A model generated the notes under the pieces. The model was not told the origin of the DNA. It did not search any database and worked only from the letters and a program-made list of their open reading frames with translations. From NCBI RefSeq assembly GCF_000012925.1, contig NC_007517.1, positions 780,001 to 812,000 of the forward strand: DNA of 32,000 bases, in the 5' to 3' direction. Made by a program: the position numbers and the translations under genes. Positions 27,670 through 32,000 of this stretch are shown here, one piece after another (the first letter of the stretch is position 1; each line of letters starts with the position of its first letter). Source of the stretch: Geobacter metallireducens GS-15 (GTDB lineage: Bacteria; Desulfobacterota; Desulfuromonadia; Geobacterales; Geobacteraceae).

Positions 27670-28707
27670 ATGACGTGTGAGGCGTTGACGGCGCAGCCAA
27701 GGTCTATGGGGGGGTACACGCTTGTCGAGGTGCTTGTGGTCATCGTTATTCTGGCGGTGATCAGTGCCGGCTTGTCCACTGTGTTCATCACCGGGCAGAA
27801 AGAGTATGGCGTGCGTGAGGCTACCATCAGGATGCAGCAGCAGGCACGGCAGGCCATGAACGAGATGGAGCGGGAACTTAAAAACACCGGCTACGGCCTC
27901 ATGGATATGGGCGACCTGACTGTCAAAGTTTACAAGTCTAGCGGGGCCATTCCCTCCTGGCAGGTGGTCGAGGCGTCGGATGGCGGCACTGAGCCCGACT
28001 CGATCAAGGTCCTGTACAGCGGGGCCGAGAGCGACGTGGGATATGATTATATCGTTTCCGTGGATCACCCTACAAGTTCAGCGCTCATGCTGGTCAGCGC
28101 CGTTGGCTCCGTCCCCCCCTCGCGCACGCTCAATGACGATTTCATAAAAGGAGACCTGTTTCTCGTCTACGATCCGAGCGATCCGGGGAAGCCGGCTACG
28201 CGCTTTCAGGCGACGAATGTTACAGCTCCCGACAAGATCCATCACAACCCCGGAGGGTATAATCCTTCAGGAGGAACTCTCGACGTCGCGTACGGCGTTG
28301 GAAGCAAGGTTCTCAACCTGAGGCTGATGCAGGCGAAAAGTGTGTCATATTCAGTGGATGCCCGGCAGAACCTGATCAAGACCGTCGAAGACCTCAGCCT
28401 GATTGACCCTCCGGCAAATCAACGCACGAAAATAGTAGCATCCGGCGTCGAGGACCTTCAGATACGGTATCAGTTTAAGGACGGCACGTGGAAGAATGCC
28501 GGCGATCCCGGTTTCGTTGCGAAGGACCTTCGAGCGATTCAGGTGAGCATCATTGTCAGGACCGAAAAGCCCGATCCCCGCTATCCTGGGCAATCTCTTC
28601 AACTGACGGGCTCCTATGGCAATGGCGGAGTGAAAAATTCGGCAGGTTACCGCAGGATGGCCATGAGCACGATCATCTATGTGCGCAATCTTGGGTTCCG
28701 GGACTAG
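27670..28707 (+). CDS. pilW: Type IV pilus minor pilin / assembly protein, PilW-like
   Basis: Contains the motif ..RSMGG|YTLVEVLVVIVILAVISAG. The protein is 345 aa. Gene order matches pilV-W-X-Y1. Confidence 0.55.
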   Translation: MTCEALTAQPRSMGGYTLVEVLVVIVILAVISAGLSTVFITGQKEYGVREATIRMQQQARQAMNEMERELKNTGYGLMDMGDLTVKVYKSSGAIPSWQVVEASDGGTEPDSIKVLYSGAESDVGYDYIVSVDHPTSSALMLVSAVGSVPPSRTLNDDFIKGDLFLVYDPSDPGKPATRFQATNVTAPDKIHHNPGGYNPSGGTLDVAYGVGSKVLNLRLMQAKSVSYSVDARQNLIKTVEDLSLIDPPANQRTKIVASGVEDLQIRYQFKDGTWKNAGDPGFVAKDLRAIQVSIIVRTEKPDPRYPGQSLQLTGSYGNGGVKNSAGYRRMAMSTIIYVRNLGFRD

Positions 28708-28711
28708 TTGC

Positions 28712-29203
28712 ATGGGGGGACGGGTGCTGAATGAGCGGGGGGCTGCGCTGGTCGTGGCGATCATACTGCTGATGGTCCTCACCATCCTGATGACGGTACT
28801 GAATCATGCGACCCTGTATGAAATGATTTCAAGCCGCACTTATCAGGAATCCCAGCGGGCTTTCTACGCAGCCGAGACAGGGGTCCGCGATGCCCTGGAA
28901 TGGCTCGGAAAGCAGAATTCCCCGCCGGAAACCACCATCACCCCCCCCGGCTGGTTTTATGACGGGACCGTGGCGCGCAAGGACGCCACGTGGTGCTCTT
29001 GGCAGACAGTGGAGGATATCCATTTCCGGTACTATATCGAACACCTGAAAGACGCCCCGAATTACAACATGAGTAGCACCATCGGCAAGAACTCCAAGGG
29101 GCCGAAGAGCGTCCAGCACTACTACCGCATAACGGTCGACGGGGCCAACAGCACCTATCTGGTGCACAGGCAGGTCCAGGTCGTGACGACCGCCTACTGG
29201 TGA
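28712..29203 (+). CDS. pilX: PilX-like minor pilin (PilX_N-type N-terminus)
   Basis: MGGRVLNERGAALVVAIILLMVLTILMTVL matches the ERGxALxVALxxLxVLT PilX N-terminal pattern. ATG 28712 lies just after the pilW stop. Confidence 0.6.
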   Translation: MGGRVLNERGAALVVAIILLMVLTILMTVLNHATLYEMISSRTYQESQRAFYAAETGVRDALEWLGKQNSPPETTITPPGWFYDGTVARKDATWCSWQTVEDIHFRYYIEHLKDAPNYNMSSTIGKNSKGPKSVQHYYRITVDGANSTYLVHRQVQVVTTAYW

Positions 29204-29209
29204 CATGCA

Positions 29210-32000
29210 ATGAGAATCAGCAATTTTCATGCACGCAAAATCCTCTTGTTAGCCGCAATTCTCTGCTCTGTCGGCATTCTCGCGGCCATGTCCTTTGCGG
29301 CGATTTCCCAGTACCCTCTGTTCCTGACCGGCAGCGTGCAGCCGAACGTCATGATTCTCCTGGACAACTCCGGCAGCATGAATACGATCATGGAGCATCG
29401 GGACTACAGTCCCGGTACCGTGTATTCCGGCTCGTTCAGGGGGGGCGAAATTTACTTTAACAGAATTGACTACAGTAAAAGTGGAAATCCCTATTACCTG
29501 GTGAGCAGGGACACGGGGCACACCGTCGATGGTAACAATCAGAACCAGTACACAGTCAATGGCCGCTCGATCACGCTTCCGTTTCCCTATGTTGACACCC
29601 GCTGGAATGGCAACTACCTGAACTGGCTTTTTTTTCATGCGACTGCGGCCCAGTACGGCAGCCTAGCCACCGATGCATCGATCCGGGTGACAAGAATCCA
29701 GACGGCCAGATCTGTCATCAGCGACGTGGTTAAGAATGTCTCGGGTGTCAGGTTTGGCCTGTTCAAGCTGAACAACAGCCAGGGGGGGAGCAAGGTAAAG
29801 GATTGCGGCGCCCTGACCCCGACAACCGTCGATGCGGCGGTGGACGGGATCAATGCAGAAACCTGGACCCCCTTGGGGGAGACCCTCTCGGAAATCTGGC
29901 AATACTTCAGGGGGGGGGATTCCCTCTATAATTCGGGAACCTATACGACCCCCATTACCAACGGGTGCCAGAAGAATTACACAATTATCGTGACTGACGG
30001 GGAGCCGACCTACGACAACTGTTATCAAGGGCCGTTTGCTTCCTACGGCTGTCCCAAGGACCCCTATGACAAAGAGAACGAAAACGCTCCGAGCCATCTG
30101 GCCGATGTGGCGAAAGACATGCATGACGGCAACGCATCGCCGTTCAGTGGCAGGGTGCAGAATGTCTCCACCTACACCATCGGCTTGACGCTGGACAGCG
30201 CCCTCCTCGATCAGACAGCGGTGAACGGAGGGGGAAAATACTTCACGACGACGTCGGGAATCAGTCTTGCCACGGCCGTCCAGAATGCCCTGGCCGATAT
30301 TGTGTCCAAAATGGCGGCAGGAAGCAGCGTCGCCGTGAATACCCCGTTTCTGAACTCGAACAGCACGCTCTATCGGGCAAGATTCAAGTCACCGGACTGG
30401 AACGGTTATCTGGAGGCCTTCAAGCTTGACGCCGCCACCGGTGCTATCATCGGATATCCGAACTCTCCCGAATGGGAGGCGGGCTCTCGACTCAATAGTC
30501 GCTCATCTGCCCGGGCAATCTATACCGCCGGCGTGGATGGCGGCACGTACAAGCGGCTTGAGTACAGTACCGCCAACGGGACCAAACTGGCGGGTGCGGG
30601 ATTCATGAATTTTTCGTCCGCAAAGGCCAGCGATCTCATCGGGTATATCCGCGGTGATCGCTACGGAACAACAAACCCCGCTGGGTATCGCAACCGGACG
30701 AGCAAGCTCGGGGACATCATCTCATCATCACCCGTCGTCTACGGCCCTCCCGACGGTGTCTACACCGATGCAGCCTACAAAGCATTCAAGAGGGACTGGG
30801 CAACCCGAACATCGCTCATTCTGGCGGGGGCCAACGACGGGATGCTCCACGCCTTTGACGCCGCGACCGGTGACGAGGCATGGGCTTTCATCCCGAATAT
30901 TCTCTTAAGCAAGCTGAAGCTCCTGAGAAATGATCCCTATACGCACACAAGTTACGTCAATGGCGCGATCACGGTTGCCGACGCCTATATCCAGACGAAA
31001 AATGCCGACGGTACCACTGCCGGAACCGCGGGGTGGCGCTCCATAGCCGTCTGCGGCCTCCGCGACGGCGGCAAGGGGTATTTCGCCCTCGATATCACTG
31101 ATTCGGCCAATCCGATACCGTTATGGGAGCTTACCGCCACATCATCGGCAACACCGAACGGTCTGGGGTACTCGTTTGGAACCCCCCTGATCCTCAAACT
31201 GAGGGATGAAGCGGCAACCAGCGGATTCCGCTGGGTTGCGGCCCTTGCGAACGGCTATGAGGGACCCACAAGCAGCAAGGCCGCTTCGCTCATCATTGCC
31301 GACCTCGCCACGGGAGCGGTCATCAACGAGATCGTTGTCGACAAGTCGGCATTCAGTGGTGTCTCCCCTAATGGGCTTGCCTCTCCCGCTGCCATTGACA
31401 GGGATATGGACGGCTTCGCCGACACCCTCTATGCCGGGGATCTCAAAGGGAACATGTGGCGGTTTGACGTGAGCAGCGCCAAGATGGCCCAGTGGAAGGC
31501 TGACTGCATCTTTTCCGCCGGGGTCACCCAGCCGATAACCGCCGCTCCTGACGTGGTGGTGCGCCTCGGGTATCAGTATGTCTTCTTCGGCACCGGGAAA
31601 TACCTTGACGAGGGTGACAAGACCACATCATTCACTCAAAGCTTTTACGGGGTAAAGGATGATAATTCGACGAAAAATCTGACGCAAGCTGATCTGGTCG
31701 GTCAGACCATAACGGAGGTGACGTATTCGGGAGCCGTGTACCGGACCCTTTCAAGCTTTACGGTCGGCAGCAAGGATGGGTGGTATCTTGATCTCCCCGG
31801 TAAAGGCGAACGAGTTATCGCGGAACCTGAAGCTACCGGGACCAATGATGCCGGCAAGGTCAAATTCACAACTTTTATTCCATCCACCGATCCCTGTGAG
31901 CCGGGAGGTAAAGGTTGGCGCATGCAGGTCAATATGGAGACGGGTGGAGAGCCGAAGAAGTCGGTGTTTGTGGTGCCAGGAAGGCCGGACGGCACTGTCC
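29210..32000 (+). CDS. pilY1: PilY1-like tip adhesin with an N-terminal vWA domain and a C-terminal beta-propeller; the 3' end runs off the window
   Basis: Not in the ORF track because there is no stop. ATG 29210 opens a frame to 31999 (930 codons). Signal/anchor is MRISNFHARKILLLAAILCSVGILAAMSFA. MIDAS is LLDNSGSM plus TDGEPT. Also contains LILAGANDGMLHAFDAATGDEAWAFIP and a Ca-site-like DRDMDGFADTLYAGDLKGNMWRFD. Confidence 0.85.
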   Translation, partial: MRISNFHARKILLLAAILCSVGILAAMSFAAISQYPLFLTGSVQPNVMILLDNSGSMNTIMEHRDYSPGTVYSGSFRGGEIYFNRIDYSKSGNPYYLVSRDTGHTVDGNNQNQYTVNGRSITLPFPYVDTRWNGNYLNWLFFHATAAQYGSLATDASIRVTRIQTARSVISDVVKNVSGVRFGLFKLNNSQGGSKVKDCGALTPTTVDAAVDGINAETWTPLGETLSEIWQYFRGGDSLYNSGTYTTPITNGCQKNYTIIVTDGEPTYDNCYQGPFASYGCPKDPYDKENENAPSHLADVAKDMHDGNASPFSGRVQNVSTYTIGLTLDSALLDQTAVNGGGKYFTTTSGISLATAVQNALADIVSKMAAGSSVAVNTPFLNSNSTLYRARFKSPDWNGYLEAFKLDAATGAIIGYPNSPEWEAGSRLNSRSSARAIYTAGVDGGTYKRLEYSTANGTKLAGAGFMNFSSAKASDLIGYIRGDRYGTTNPAGYRNRTSKLGDIISSSPVVYGPPDGVYTDAAYKAFKRDWATRTSLILAGANDGMLHAFDAATGDEAWAFIPNILLSKLKLLRNDPYTHTSYVNGAITVADAYIQTKNADGTTAGTAGWRSIAVCGLRDGGKGYFALDITDSANPIPLWELTATSSATPNGLGYSFGTPLILKLRDEAATSGFRWVAALANGYEGPTSSKAASLIIADLATGAVINEIVVDKSAFSGVSPNGLASPAAIDRDMDGFADTLYAGDLKGNMWRFDVSSAKMAQWKADCIFSAGVTQPITAAPDVVVRLGYQYVFFGTGKYLDEGDKTTSFTQSFYGVKDDNSTKNLTQADLVGQTITEVTYSGAVYRTLSSFTVGSKDGWYLDLPGKGERVIAEPEATGTNDAGKVKFTTFIPSTDPCEPGGKGWRMQVNMETGGEPKKSVFVVPGRPDGTV

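Overview
This is a high-GC chromosomal window. Gene content looks Geobacter/Desulfuromonadales-like, which I infer from memory only because no searches were possible.

The layout from left to right is:
- Minus-strand polyamine operon: aguA, aguB and a DUF2721-like gene that runs off the left edge.
- A methyl-accepting chemotaxis protein with a sigma-28-like promoter.
- An orphan membrane PAS histidine kinase (minus strand).
- nudC and a DUF4149 membrane protein.
- An accessory-looking island at about 7.86-13.92 kb.
- DUF2156 and SAM-methyltransferase genes, then ychJ.
- An IS110-family insertion at about 16.48-17.77 kb.
- An MBL-fold hydrolase, a PilZ protein, and a minus-strand alpha/beta-hydrolase, YjbQ and TPR operon.
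- sucCD, a cytoplasmic dual-PAS histidine kinase and an aminotransferase.
- A lower-GC operon: a secreted CXXCH/DUF4124-like protein followed by pilV, pilW, pilX and pilY1-like genes. pilY1 runs off the right edge.

The island at 7.86-13.92 kb is an old tandem duplication. Each copy has a tiny Gly-rich lipoprotein followed by a ~600-aa secreted Cys-loop protein that I cannot assign to any family. Copy A keeps a TonB-like partner. Copy B retains only 46 bp of it. The duplication junction is preserved as a chimeric scar.

Main candidates for something new:
1. The duplicated mini-lipoprotein / large secreted protein / TonB-like module.
2. The haem-motif protein heading the minor-pilin/PilY1 operon behind a sigma-54-like promoter.
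3. The ~300-nt structured, GTTGCTTG-repeat-rich leader of the IS110 element, a bridge-RNA candidate.
4. Two copies of a G-quadruplex-type (GGGGACC)n element at gene 3' ends.

Three real genes are absent from the ORF track: the left-edge DUF2721-like gene, the 42-aa lipoprotein of copy B, and pilY1. Many long track ORFs are antisense shadows typical of high-GC DNA. I saw no rRNA, tRNA or CRISPR. All family assignments come from motif recognition by eye.
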